NCBI GenBank assembly: GCA_039545335.1
Contig: BCIN01000009.1
Span: 372,001-436,000 of the forward strand
Direction of reading: 5' to 3'
From: Kondoa subrosea
Lineage: Eukaryota
Length of the DNA: 64,000 nt
The notes beneath the pieces are model-generated. The model was not told the DNA's origin. It did no database searches and saw nothing but the letters and a program-made list of their open reading frames with translations. The position numbers were made by a program, and so were the translations under genes. Numbering within the stretch: the stretch's first letter is position 1; every line of letters starts with the position of its first letter. Below are positions 1 to 13,468 of this stretch, in pieces.

Positions 1-2415
1 AAGTCGTTCAAGCATTACAACACTTCCTTCAGCAGGCAAATATTCAAATGACTTCTTTGCCTGCTGTCGAAGGCCATCAAGTCGATATTGTGCTGCTATA
101 CAAGCTTGTTCAATTCCATGGAGGAGGACAGATGGTCTCCAACAAGCATCTTTGGGACACGGTAATCAATCAGATGCGAATTTTTCCCGACAGCGGACCC
201 AACTCGCAGGAGCGTCTGAATGCCGTTGTACAAGTGTGTTGCATGTGACAGTCGCCTTTAAGATTACTGACTGCTACTAGATCTACCGAACCTATCTGCT
301 TCAATTCGAGCACTACGTTCGGCAGCGTCTGATGAACCAAGCTTCAATTGGGCAAGGCGGACAACAGCCACAAATGCAACAGCAGCAGCCGCAACAAGTC
401 AGGCCTCAGATTCAGCAGAATACACCAAACAATCCAGCTTACACTCAACCACCTCCTCCTGCTTTAGCTCAAGCTGCAACACCCATTGCTCCGCCTATAC
501 AATCGCCTCATGTTCGTGTACCTTCACAAACTCAGCAGCAGCAGCAACAACAACAACAAAGACCTGCCTCTGCTACCAATCAAGTTCTCACCGAACCTTC
601 AGCGACTTCACAGATGCCTGAACCTACTATGGCCGTACCTTTGATGCCAGCTCAACGACAAGTTTCACCTCCTGCTCCTTCTCCTGTCAGGTCACCTCTT
701 CGAACGAACGGTGTAGCATCACCAGCTAAAGAAGAACCAGTGGAAGAGAAATTTGAAGAAGAAGATGAGGAAGAGGACGATAGTGTAGCTACAAACTATA
801 TAAATGGTTTGGTCGCTTCTGTAAGTCAAGATTTGCCTTCGCCTAAAAGAGAAGAACCAGTAGCATCTACTTCGAAACTGAAGCCGGAAGAAGAGGGTGT
901 AAAGCGGCGGAAGCAAAAGATTATATATCAACCGTTGAAGAGGAAGATTGACACCTACGGTGGATTGGCACCAACGGAGATTGATGAAGCAGTGCGATAT
1001 GTGGAATCGAAAAAGCGGAAACGTACAAAGAATGATATTGGTGAGTTGCGCCTATACAAATGAAGCTCAAGCTCATGGGTAAATTAGGGACTCTCGATGT
1101 CAACGCTACTATTCTATCGCTCCAATCCGGTTTACCGACTGAAGTCACTTATGCTCTCAATTCCTTGTCTATCGTTTCAGAAGCCTGCAGAACGGCTGAA
1201 TCACCAAATGGCTGCAAGTTCCCTCTAGCTGAATGTGGAGAGCTTCTCGACACACTGTTTAATCTGGTAGAAGAGGCAGCTTTTCCCGCTACAATTCAAG
1301 AAGTACCATCTGCGAATCAATCCAAGTCAAGTACGGCAGCGCAACCTTCATCTTACCGGGAACTCTACCTATTTGCTATGGCTGACAACAAGCTTCGTCA
1401 ACGCAATAGAAGACAACAAGTTGCAGCTCTTCCTCGCTCGCACATTCTTCTAAATATCCTTTGCACGCTTCGAAATTTCGCGGCATCTCTGGACAACTCG
1501 GGTACCATCTATGCTCACCCTCGTTTTATTGGCCTCCTGCTACGACTTATCAGCTCTTCGGCCCCTCTTTCACCTTCAACGGATCTAGATTGGTCCGATA
1601 TCCTCACAATTAAGAAAGATGTGCTGGTCATGCTAGCTGATGTTGGTGCAGAGCAAGACCTAGGTTGCAATTTTACCCCAGCCCAAGTGAGCGACCTTTG
1701 GCAGTTCCTCCACTTCTTTCTGGGGGAGCATTCAGCATACGATGATCCGCTACAAACCAATTCCAGCAATTCTATGGCTATCACTATTGGACATATTGGC
1801 ATATACGCAGATCTGGCACTGTCCATCCTCATCAAACTCGGTGCAGCCGATCAGAATCGAACAGTTTTGGCAGCTACTTTACCTCGAGCGGAAATTCTGG
1901 TCGATATTTACGACACACTTTTACGACTTTTACCCAGCACAGCCGATGATCTCGCGATGCTCCAAACACCTTATGATAATTTAGGCGTTACTTTGGAAAG
2001 AGCTTCAATGGGTTTATTCATCCTGGCTTTCCTGGCTACTTCACGAACGAAAGATCGATTAAGGAAGAAGAGTAGCCTAGCTAACATTACCCATCACATC
2101 ATATCTACTCTTCTAAAAGCCAAAGCTGACACCAATATCAATCTAATTATTTGTTCTCGATTGATGGAAACGCTTCTACTGCTTTACGAAGAATCAGAAG
2201 TAAAAGCAGTGGCTTCGGATGAACCTTTCTTCGGTTCGATGCAAGAAGGGACAGCAAAAGCAAACGAAGATCCAGATGGTACACCAGCAACTCGAACTTC
2301 TGTGTTTGACGACTATGTTTCGTTGGGAATCTCAAGGTCGTATGAGGAATTGTGTATGATTAGGACTATGCCGCCGGGTCTATTGAACTTGTTATTTCGT
2401 TTGTGCTCGAAGTGA
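1..2415 (+). CDS. ARID-domain chromatin remodelling subunit (SWI1/ARID1-like), 5' truncated by window edge
   Basis: ARID-like 'VDIVLLYKLVQFHGGG..VSNKHLWDTV' spliced (GT-AG ~234-280) to 'IYRTYLLQFEHYV'; Q/P-rich linker; ARM-like C-terminal part 'LSLQSGLPTEVTYALNSL' typical of SWI1/ARID1. Confidence 0.8.
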
Positions 2416-2487
2416 AAGCATCAAGAGGGATGGAATGGAATGTAGATATGCAATGATATATGAAAATGCTACAAGGGCTACAGAGAT

Positions 2488-4047
2488 CTATCTGACTTCC
2501 AATATTTGATCTTGTGCTCGACTGAGAACATATCGAGAAAGCCTTCCTACCACTGCACGAGAATGAGCGAGGACAAACACGGGACGAAAGAGAACGCACG
2601 GCGATATGTAGTACGGAAAGCTTTCACTGTGCCGACGAGAATGAAGATAACGCTCATGAGAAGCGCTAGATCCGTTCCTCTTCGTTCGCCAGCTCGTTGT
2701 TCGCGGTTATTGCGTCGGAATCTGTACTCATGGTCAGCTTCCAGTGTTGGTGTTCATCATGGTGAGCGAGCTGACATTCGCATGTGATGAAGAGGAGCTG
2801 TAGAGACGAAGCGGTAAGCATAGTCCAATGCGAAGGCAGATTCTCTCTATACCTAAAAAGCCAACCGAGATCACCATTTGACTGCGTGGCAGGTGAGCGG
2901 ATCAGTCCAACAGGCATAACAGAACGCACAAGACTGTCAATTCCCATCATGTCTTGAGTCATTAAGTCGACAACGGACGATAGGTACTGACATGATACAA
3001 TTCCCAGCACGCTAAAACCCAAACTGAAATGTGTAATCATCCTAACACTCCAACTGTCTTTCCTTCCAGGATCTGTGAATCCAGAAGAGAATAACAATCG
3101 ATCCAGGAATGTACTGCCTTGCTTATTGGTCAAAGCAAGTTCTTCCGGAGTTCCACCTGCGAAAGCTCGAAATCCATTCTCTAGCACACCACCAATTACT
3201 TCTCCATAGTCCAAAGGGGATGCGAATGGGTTAGCTCCGAGGAAGAAGTAAAAGTAATCTTCGCCAATGGGATTTGACGGGAGTAGTTTCGTTGCCCAAA
3301 GTAATCCAGATGCCTGTTTTCTCCCTTCATCAGCAGACGAAGTTGCGCATAATATAGGTGATGAATTACGAGGAAACCGGATAGAAAGACTAAGAAGACG
3401 AAAGAGATGAGGGTGAAGATTATTTGAGCGTAAGGCGATGCTAGAATCTGTGCGATCTTTGTGCGACCTAGTTGATATCGATACTTGCAGAGACCACATT
3501 GAAAAAAAGCTAGCTTCATAGTTCAGTTGTGCAATCGCATCATGAGTCGGTAAAACTAACTTGCTGTAAGTTGACAATCGTTAATGAGTATACATATAGA
3601 CAGCACCGCATGTAACTCACTTTGTGAAGGCGATTGCTGCCGCCATTGATCTAAACATCCAGTGTGCTGACGTAACACAGCCAGATTAATGACACATCGA
3701 CGTCTCGAAAGGAAGAGCATTTACCACATAGCGTTGAGTGCCGCGGCCTATGTGCAATCAGCAGAGTATCGGCTATATCATGGATACTGCTCACATAAAC
3801 ATGGTGAGAATAGGCGACCGAGCTCTGGATCGTCTCGCTCCGTTCCAAAGCATATGCGGCAAGTAGGTTCTTCAGCTTGAGCTTCCTCGACAGGTATATC
3901 TTCAGGCTGAGCATTCCTAATTTCCTCTTCCTGCTCCTCGCGACCTCTAAGATAGTCTGCGTCCGCTTGAGCCAGGAAATCTCGCATTCTAGCTTCTTCT
4001 CTGCCACCACCTCCTCGTCTATTTCTCAGATCCCCTGCTGTGTCCAT
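2488..4047 (-). CDS. RING-CH (RINGv/MARCH-type) membrane E3 ubiquitin ligase, spliced
   Basis: 'TCRICFGTERDDPELGRLFSPCLC' RINGv start, followed by hydrophobic TM segments; ends QDQILEVR*; start codon uncertain. Confidence 0.75.
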
Positions 4048-4149
4048 CCTGCTCAGGCGCGCACTCTTATATCGAGAAGCTGTAATCGAAGTGTTTGGTT
4101 GATACAAAACAACGACCGGATTCTATTTGGCTGGTGATAAGGTGTTCCG

Positions 4150-5351
4150 ATGAATGAGAAGGGCCTTGAGCCGACGACAACTAGTAACGGACAAAGGAGT
4201 CTGCTAGGTCGCCTTCGAGCAAATCTCAATGAAGAAATCGATGTAGCCAATGCTGCTGTCCCTTTAACCTTCTTATGCGCTATCACTGGTTATATGGATG
4301 CGATTTCTTTTACTGCATGCTACATCTGGGCCGCATTTCAGACTGGTGCATTATCTCTTCTTCTATTTGCACTGAAGTCAAAAGAATTGATGCTGTGTTG
4401 TCGTGATAAGGAAATACGGTACAATTAGGAATAGCGGCAGCTAGATCTTTCTCTCCTGGAGCAATAGGTTATGGACCAGAAGGCAATGTGTTCCAAAAGG
4501 GCGATCAATTGGCTTTGTGTTCTTTGTTGGCTTTCAATATTGGAGCGTCATTCTCAAGATTATCTCCATGGGGTTACAAAACTAAAGGATTCATAGTTGC
4601 TAGTATGCTTGCGCAAGCGTTGGTTACTGTTGGAGCTGCTTTAACTGCTCGTGCGTTTCGTAATCGGATAAATAGTCCAATCGATGTCTGACAGAGTTTT
4701 CAGACTATTCTGGTCAATCAAGCTTTGGCGATTCAAGAGGGGAACCAAGTTGGTCAGTGAAGCATCTGGAAGTTAAGGTCTTAACCTTATTGTCGATAAA
4801 TCTTTAACAGGAACAACCCGCTAGGCTTTGTGACATTAGGCCTGTATGTGTTCTCACCAACCGTAATATCATTCATCTCATCTTCTACATAGAATAAGTG
4901 CAGCCATGGGTGCACAAGGAGTAATAGGCACCAAACTAGGATCACAAGTCCGTCTTGCCTGTGCTTTTCTCCCTCCCTTCTAATGGTCACTTACGTACAA
5001 ACAACAGTATGCAACAACCGTAGTACTCACTTCCCTCTATTGCGCACTAGCGGTCGATCCTTCTCTACTTGATCCGAGAAAATGGTTGCATGGAGTTAAA
5101 GCCAGGGATCACAAATTGATCGCTATCTTTATGCTCATCGTCGGTGGATTCGTTAGTAGAGCTTTGATAGGGCAGATTGGATCTGCTGGAACATTGGGTA
5201 TTGGCGCTGGGTCAGTTTGAACGCGATCTTCATTTGCATTCTTTTGGCTTATGCTTCGCTTGTGTTTGAATGTGACAGGTTGCGTGTGATGTGTGCGATG
5301 GTTTGGATGATTACGAAGACGAAAAAGGTCGATCCGAAAGTGTTGATTTGA
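4150..5351 (+). CDS. DUF1275 (YoaK-like) membrane protein, multi-exon
   Basis: 'LCAITGYMDAISF...WAAFQTG' and later 'TTVVLT' motifs; several TM segments. Confidence 0.8.
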
Positions 5352-5715
5352 TCAAGTGAAGACAAAAGGAGATTCTTCCACATGTGCATGTGTATTTATT
5401 GGGTCAGGTAGAAATGTTAGAGAGATAGAATTAGACTTGTGAAAAAAGTACGGCTCGTGAGTTGCGCGTCATTGCCACGGACAGTTTGTTTTCTTGTACC
5501 GACCGGGATTATACCAAGCTTGGAGCGCTGATTGGACAGCTAGATACCCCTGCGCTCGTATTTTGGATCATAACACTGCCGACTTCGCCCAAATACCGCG
5601 TGTCTGAAGTTGCAATCGAATTCAAGACTTAGCGAATTGGAAGATACGCAGCTATAGTCCTGTCTGGTCAGCATTGGATATAAACGACACCAGAATAGGC
5701 TGAAGCTGTGACAGC

Positions 5716-8700
5716 ATGAGTCTGCGCGATGCCTTGCTCAGTACAGGAAGAGATTTAGCGGTGGAAGTCAATCAGCGAGCTTTGATCGATAAGATTCTGG
5801 CACGCTACAGTGGAGAGAATGTGGTCTTTCGCGAACTGCTACAGAACGCGGATGATGCAACAGCAAGTGAAGCTAGAATCATCTTTCATTCCTTGGATTC
5901 TGCAGCTACTCGAAACGACACTCTACCGGGCCTAGACAAGCTCAAAATGAAAGCTGTTACTGTGAAGAACGATGGAAAGGTCTTCAACGGTGATGATTGG
6001 TCTAGATTGAGGAAGATCGCTGAAGGCAATCCTGATGAACAGAAGATCGGAGCTTTTGGTGTAAGCTTCTGTCGGCATGCGTGTATTCACGAGACTGACA
6101 ACAGTGATAGGTCGGTTTCTATTCACTGTTCTCGCTCGCTGAAGATCCACTGGTTTCAAGCGGTCCTCTGATGTATTTGTTTCACTGGAAAGGAGGGGGA
6201 GATCAGCTCTTTGTGAGAGAAGGAGCAAATCCAAACGAGAATAGCGATATGACAGCGGAAGGGAAACCATGGACGACCTTCGAAATCAATCTGCGAGAAT
6301 CTGCACCAATGCCTGAACCTTTGGCTTTTTGCAAATTTCTAGCGAATGCTCTAGCTTTCACAAATTCTCTTCGAACTATCTCCCTGTTTGTCGATGAACA
6401 TTGTCTTTGCTCTTTTACAAAGAAAGTCGCACCGTCTCAACTTGTACCGGCTATACCCAATCTTCAGCTTACCTCGTCAAATAAGCTTATGACGATAAAG
6501 AGCGTGGATTTTCTTCCTGTTCAGCTCGATAGCAAAGTGATGAAATGGGTTACCTACTCGCCAACTCCGATATCGAAACCAACAAGTGCACCATTAAATT
6601 TCACAGCCAAACTCTTTGCCTCTTTCAACTCTTCTTCCAATACTGCTCAACCGCTCGTACCAGTAGCTTTGGTTGATCTAAAAGAACAACTTTCCGCTTC
6701 GCTATTCTTGCGAATGGTTTCCGCCAATGTAATGGTTTCACTACCTTTTCACCTAAGTAAAGAGCTCGAAAGAGCGACCAAGAAGCCAGCCCCCAGAAAT
6801 ACTTTGGTACAGATGTTATATAGTTCGAAAGCCGAATTCGATGCTACTCATGGAGATGCGAATGAAGGAGCCAAAAAGGTTTTTAGTGGATTGTTATCGG
6901 ACCTGGATGTCCAAGGTAGAGTTGCTATAGGATTCATGGTGAGTTGTAGCTGGAGGCTGAAAAAGCTGAGCTGATATGACATATCTTACTGAAGACACAT
7001 CAAACGACTGGAACATGCGCTTCTATTGGCGCCCGGTTTATACCAACTGTCGAGCGAGAGGTAAGCTGAGCAAACTCAGAGAGACTCCCTAGATGCTCAA
7101 CTTGCTACTGTAGAGCTTGGATCTGCAAGCGGCTTACGTAAGAGACTGGAACATTGAGTTGGTGCGTCACACGTGTTGCTCACGACCGCAGCTGATGATT
7201 ACTGTGCTACGTACAGCTATCCATCGCTGGAATTCTGTCCCGCTATGTGTATGAAGATGAGATGCGAGAAGTTTCCAAAGCGTGGAAACGCCTGCCAGCA
7301 TCTTTACCTGCCGATATCACAGAAAAAGACGCATTGACTCAACAGTGTATCCATGCAGCTAAATTCTTCACTTTCACTGGTTCTACTCCTTCTCCTTCCA
7401 TTTCTACTGTTCAAGAGACTGCCTTTTATCAAGCTGACAAGACTCGTCAGCTGACCATCATTACTTCTGATGGCCCAACATCTTCTACAGCGGCTCGTAT
7501 GCCTAACAAAGAACTCAGTGCGTTCATCAAATCTACACCTACCATATCTCAAGCTGCTTTGGATGGTGCACCTCGTTTCTTTGAAGAATTGCGATCGAGA
7601 AACATGATCTCCGACATTACTATTGATGATGACATTGTCAAGGAACTATCTTCTCGAGCTCTACCGGTGGAAGAAATGGTTGCAGCTTTGTCTTGGTGGA
7701 TCAAGCTGTCTTTCAATAGAGAATATTCTCCAAGCATGAAGACTCGTCTCGTCAATAGTGCCATGATTAGTCTAGAAACTGGGACGCCCGCAGAGAAGAT
7801 CATTCCACTCAGCTCTATCAAGTATTATCTGGATCCTCGAGTCGTCCCTACTGATCTTCCTCTTCCTCCTGATGTCTTGCCTTACGTCGTATCAAAGCAA
7901 TTGAAGAGCAATGATCTGTTAAATGTCTTTGATTGGAAAGAACTGCCCATCACAAGCGAGTTGGCTTTCCTTCTTTCGCCAGGAATGACTTCTGCTTCAA
8001 GTCCAGTAGAAACTAATATGCTCGTTTCACCTCATTTCAGTGAAAAGGTTTTCCTCTCATTAGCCAAATCCTTTTCTAACTTCTCCGCTTCAATACAAAA
8101 AGACCTGGGTATTATGCTGCGAGATGTTGCTTGCTTGCCTACAAAGCATGGCCTGAGACAACCCTCAAAGTCATACTCTGCTAATATATCGTCGCTCAAC
8201 ATGGATGACTTAGATACTGTTCAATTTCCCAGCGGCATAGTGATTAAGGGCAATCTAGAGAAGCTTCTTATTGCTTCTGGCCTACAAAGGCATGTCGACC
8301 TACAAATAATATTCTCCCGTCTGTTCGGCAGCGGGACATGGTCTTCGTTTGAATTGATCAAGTACCTGGTCAGCGTACAAGATACTTTGTCAGCGGATGA
8401 AATCGACAAGCTCCGCAAGACATCTTGGTTGCCGCAAGAAGGTGATCCACCATTGGAAGAAGGCAAAAAGCCTGTGCGATATAAAGCATCTGAACTTTTT
8501 GAACCTCTGCAAAATTTCAGAGCATTGCATCTTCCCTTACTTGGCTGGCAAGGAAGATGGGCATCAAGCTCTCGCGAAGCTACCTTCCTATTCTTGATAG
8601 GTCTTCAGCGTAAACCCTCAGCTAGTACTATTCTCAGCTTGGCAGCGGATCCGAAAGACGCAGAAAAGCGAAGACAAGCATTAGCTTACTTCTTATCTTC

Positions 8701-11269
8701 ATATACTTCTGCCGGATTCTCTCAATGGTCGCCCAAAGACGCTGATATCGCATTCATACCATGCACTCTGGTAGACGGCAGTGTCGGCTTGGGCAAGCCT
8801 TCAGAAGTCTACTCCAACTCAGCTTGTTCTATACTCGGATTCAAGGTGCGTGATTCTCTAGTGACTGAGATTCGTCTTACCATCTCACGCAGGTTCTACA
8901 TCCGTCTATGGCACCTGAAGCACCTAAGTTCAAATTAGCAAGTGATCCTAAACCTGCTCAATTGCTCCAGCAGTTACAAAACAGACCTCCAGCAGATCAG
9001 CAAGCTGCAATCCCCATCTTCGCTTATCTATCGAGTCGTATAAGTCAGTTTTCAGCAGCGGATTTCAGCAAGCTTCATATCATGACCTTCATTCCTGCTG
9101 AGAAAGGCACTAAAACTACCGAAACCCATCTTTCTCCGAATAAATGCTTCTTCAAGTCCTCTGAGACGTCTGCAGTCTTTGCTAGCGTCTTCTCATTCGT
9201 CGAATACTCTGGCGCAGCCAAGTCATTCCTCTCCGCTTGCGGCGTCAAAGATGCTCCAAGCCCGAACGAAGTAGCTCAAATGCTGGTGGCAGAGCCTTCG
9301 CGCTTTCTGGCACTTGCTGGGACGCCGGAAGCATATCTTCAAATTTTACGCCAAATCGCAACTACAGCACATCTCTTGCCAAACTCTCTTTTGCAATCAA
9401 TGAGGCGAAAGCCTTTCTTCCTTACTACTCGTCGGGCACCAAGAACGGATAAAATGGATCCCGATGATGATGAGGACGATGAAGATTCTCATCCAACTCT
9501 AGTTCAGCTCACAGCACCTGTTGAAGTCGTCGTGATCGATGATATTACACTCGGTCGCTTATTCAGTGAGGTTGAGGCGGCGCCGCAGGAGGTATGATCT
9601 GCTCCTTACAACGTGTCCAAGCCAGCTAAGGCAGTCTGTAGGACATCTTGGAAGCATTTGTAGAGAAGCTTGGAGCTGTTCGTATATCTACTCTTGTCAA
9701 GACTAGCTACAAATCGACAGGAAATGCACGCGTTAATACTCCTCGTGTTGATACGGTCAATAAGCTAGTGAAGGAAAGATCACAACTCTTTTTGTATGAA
9801 AGAGAAGCTGTTTCGCGAAAGGAAGTTCTCAAAGATGCATCATGGATTAAGAAGAACCTTAGAGTCGTTGAAGTGTCTGGCTTGGCTATCAATCAAAGCA
9901 TAAGCTTTGCTTCGGTGCACAAGACTGTTAGTAGGCAAACAAGTGCTGCTGCTAGCATGGACAGAGGATCACTGGTTCTATCTATCAATGCTAATATCCA
10001 AGACATCGACTGGTTCGAAGTCAGCGCTGCTCTTTGTCGGCATATTCTGGCGAAACAGCGCATCAAGTAAGTTATTCTTACCCTAGCAATAGATGGGATG
10101 TATGCTAATAACTGGTAGCGATGCGCTTTTATTCATGACTCTCCTCTCGACTGACCTGCAAACGCTCAAGCGCCGAGGCTTCGCGGTCAATCGCATCCTG
10201 AATGCTCGAAAAGCCGAACGAGAGGTTAATGAGCAGATGGCGCGGGAGAAGCAGCAAGAGGAGGAATTAGAGAAAATTCAGAGGCCAGCGCAACTACCGC
10301 CGCCGTATGTTCAACCTGCAAGTCAGAATGGGACTGCTTCCCCTGACATGGAAGAACGGTCTCCTTCCGCACCACCTAGTACAATGGAAGATAAGCGACC
10401 TGGTGCATTGTTCAATAACCTGCGCAAGAAATTCGGAAGACTACCGACTGCACAACCCATCGAGACACCATCGCCTGGGTCTTCATCCTCCGCCATTTCA
10501 AACCAGAGAAGTAAGCAACCAATCAGCACTCCAAATTCAAGCAATTCCGCGACTCCATTAGCTGATATCAGAAATAACGTACTTCGTGCTATTCAAGCTT
10601 CGAGACCAGATCAAGCGGAAAGTATTCGTAGCGGCGCCGACATTCGACAAGTAAAGGAGTCCGAGGGCTCATATTGCGTACGTCGTGCAGACAGTGCTTA
10701 TATGAAATGGCTCGCTGAACCCGATGTTGCTTTAATTACAGGACAGTTCAGCTGCAACAGATTTGCTCTTCGTCAGCTCGATTGCCAATTATCGATTCTA
10801 TTGCAGCAAGGATGTTGCAAGCGCAGAGCAAGTCGTCTTGCGGCATGGCGATGCTCTCCGCCGCTTCTGTAACTTGGTTATAACTCCACTTACTAAAGTC
10901 TTCAATCTGGATCCGAAAGCTGTTCATATCTTCTACGATCAAACAGGCGGTCTAATAGCTTTCAATCGCAACGGCTCCCTCTTTATGAATCTACGATACT
11001 ACATCAGTTGGCATGATCAAGATGTCGTCGCTGGTCAATTGCAAGACGCCCTTCTGTCAAACTTCTTTTCCCTCGCACACGAGCTTGCACACAGCCTGGT
11101 AGAGCCACATGGGTCGGAGCATGAGTTCTGGTCGGCAAATATCGCCGAGCATCATGTTATCAAGCTGACAAAGTACGTCCGCTGTTATCCTATCTGAATG
11201 TGCTGATTCCGGATTTCTAGTTACATCAATTCGTTGGCACAACCCACTGCAAGACTAATTGATGCCTGA
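5716..11269 (+). CDS. Large GHKL (sacsin/Hsp90-like) ATPase with C-terminal HExxH domain, DUF3684-like
   Basis: GHKL motifs 'FRELLQNADDA', 'KNDG', spliced 'KIGAFGVGFYSLFS'; C-terminal 'IAFNRNGSLFMNLRYY...AHELAHSLVEPHGSEH'. Confidence 0.8.
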
Positions 11270-11430
11270 TACCCTGAACTTTACGTCGCATTCGCATGAA
11301 GCATAGCATTGTAATTACAGCAGCTCTGTACAAAAGGTATATAAATGTAATCAAACTCATGCATAACACCGCTTCTAAACAACCTCTAAAACGAATAAAC
11401 AATTGCGAATCCCTTTCTCTCTCTTTTTCT

Positions 11431-13045
11431 TCACTTCTTACTGCCGCAACATGACTTTTTGACCGGAGCAGGTTGCAGATTCGTTATTGCAGTCGAAGTC
11501 GTAGCCAATGATTCACCACCAAGATCGAACAAAGCGGGGTCCAAAGGAATATCACCAGCATCCGTTCTAGCTCTTTTCCTCCTCCTTCTTGACCCATGTT
11601 CTCCATCTTCTTCTTCCTCTTCTCCAACTTCTTCTGCTTCTTGGAGTTGTGACGGTATCAACTTTTCTTGCCACTGACTAACCGATTCGCTTACTCCAAT
11701 AGGACCCAACAAACTTTCCACAAAAGCTCTATCGTAAGGATCAATATTTGGATCTCGATCGTTTGTCGTTAAACCCAGCGAATCGTGTAAAGCTTGTAAA
11801 TGAGCGCATCCACAAGAATCACCACATTTACAGCTTGTTCCACAACCTTTACAACCGCTAGTGGACTCGATATCCAAAGGAAGAGGGATAAGGTTGCCCA
11901 AGAGATCGGTCTGAGGTAATGGAACTGAAGGGGTTAAAAGATGTTGAGGTATCAGGATATCACCAAAGAGCCAATCGGAAAATGGTAGTGGTGCTGTTTG
12001 AGCTGCTGTTATAGGAGTAGGTAAGAAATTGTTGTTTAGGCTGTTGGACATATCCAAATTTGAAAAAGGTAGACCGGTTGGACTATAAAGATCTGGCGGA
12101 TACAGCGGCAGATTTGGGTTGAAGGCATAATCTGGTTGGTATGTGTTGAGTAGAGGCAGAGATGGAGAGAATTGGCTATCGAAGCTGTTGCTGAAATCTG
12201 AAGGAATAGTTGTACTGCTCGGAGCTGATCCAAGAGAAGGTGTTGAAGGTAAAGAATAGTCGTAATTGAAGGGAGCATAGACAGGCATATTGCTCGGTAA
12301 TTGCGGAACAGCAAAGATATCCATCTTCTTTGAGCAGCAGCCTCCTCCAGATTCCGCTGCATTGGCCGGTCCATTAGCGGAAGTTGGTATATCTTCCTTC
12401 TCTGGACAGATACACTTGCCGCCGCTCTGACAGCCGCACATATAGGCTCGCTGAATAGTGGCGCGTTTAATAGCGAGCAAAGCTAAAACAGCAAGATGAG
12501 CGCTTATCGCTTTGAACAAGAAATTGTCATACCCTTGGCATTCGGAACAGCACCAGACTTGTCTACAGGCGTAGTTGTACCAGAAGGACCAGCTTCTGGC
12601 GTTTCAGCAGGCTCAAGAGCTTCAGCAGAGGAATGAGCCATAAAGATTTTAGGGTTAACGACAGATCAAGCGAACCTTCCGGCATAACAGGTTTATCGCT
12701 ACAATTGCATTTGACATGAGAGTCCCTGTATTTGCGGAGATCTCTGCATTTCTGACATTGAGTTGGAGGTCGACCTTTCTTTTTGATTTCAAAGATTGGG
12801 CGGTCCTGTCAGTAAAAGGGATATATCAGCTCCGATAGAGCAGAAATACATCTTCACTGACTGTATGTTGGCAAGCAGAGGTTCGATGACCTTTGATGCA
12901 GGCTAGCCAGAGATGTCAATGCACAGATCTGCTTCATCTGGCTGATTCGCGTACCTGCACAAGCATACTTCTTTCCATCAATCAAAGGCTATCAATGCAC
13001 GTCAGCCTATCGGGAAACGAGCTTCTGTGTTAAACACCTCACCAT
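11431..13045 (-). CDS. Copper-fist (Ace1/Mac1/Cuf1/Haa1 family) transcription factor
   Basis: Spliced N-terminus M|PLIDGKKYACAACIKGHRTSACQHT|DRPIFEIKKKGRPPTQCQKCR..HVKCNC, absent from the ORF track; downstream Cys clusters. Confidence 0.9.
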
Positions 13046-13468
13046 TGATTAGTTGGACAAAGACAAGCTCGTAAATACTTTGAAGAATCCAAATTGAGCA
13101 GACCAGATGCTGCTTGGTATATGCTAACACAGCGGCAGGGTTCCAAGCCTGATCACTGCAGAGAGCTTGGACTTTATGCAATTCGAGGACCTTCTTGTGT
13201 TATCACCCTTGGCAATTGTTTCGCTTGCAGTGTGGCTGATCTTAAGTACACTTGCTACCAGAGCAGCGAGCAAAGTAGACAGGATTAGGAAGACGCGGTT
13301 TTGGGAAGAAAGTTGTTCTCAAATTAGATTGTCCAGTTACGAGCATCCTCAGCAAGTACATCTGACTTCGTGATTCGCTGCTTCGAGTCTTCTTGATAGT
13401 ATCCGTCAGGGCTTTCATCTCTGTCTTCTTCTCTTGTTTCTCTTCTTTACCAAAATCTGCTCATTGCA

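Noticed and set aside
533..560. CAG/CAA run in the ARID gene
   Set aside because: Ordinary short polyQ tract in a SWI1-like linker
2666..3577. 303-aa minus ORF and many other antisense or alternate-frame ORFs in the track
   Set aside because: These are exon fragments running into introns, or shadows of real genes
13267..13274. TTTGCTCG (Mac1 CuRE-like) upstream of the copper-fist gene
   Set aside because: A single 8-mer is expected by chance in 64 kb and has no clear partner site
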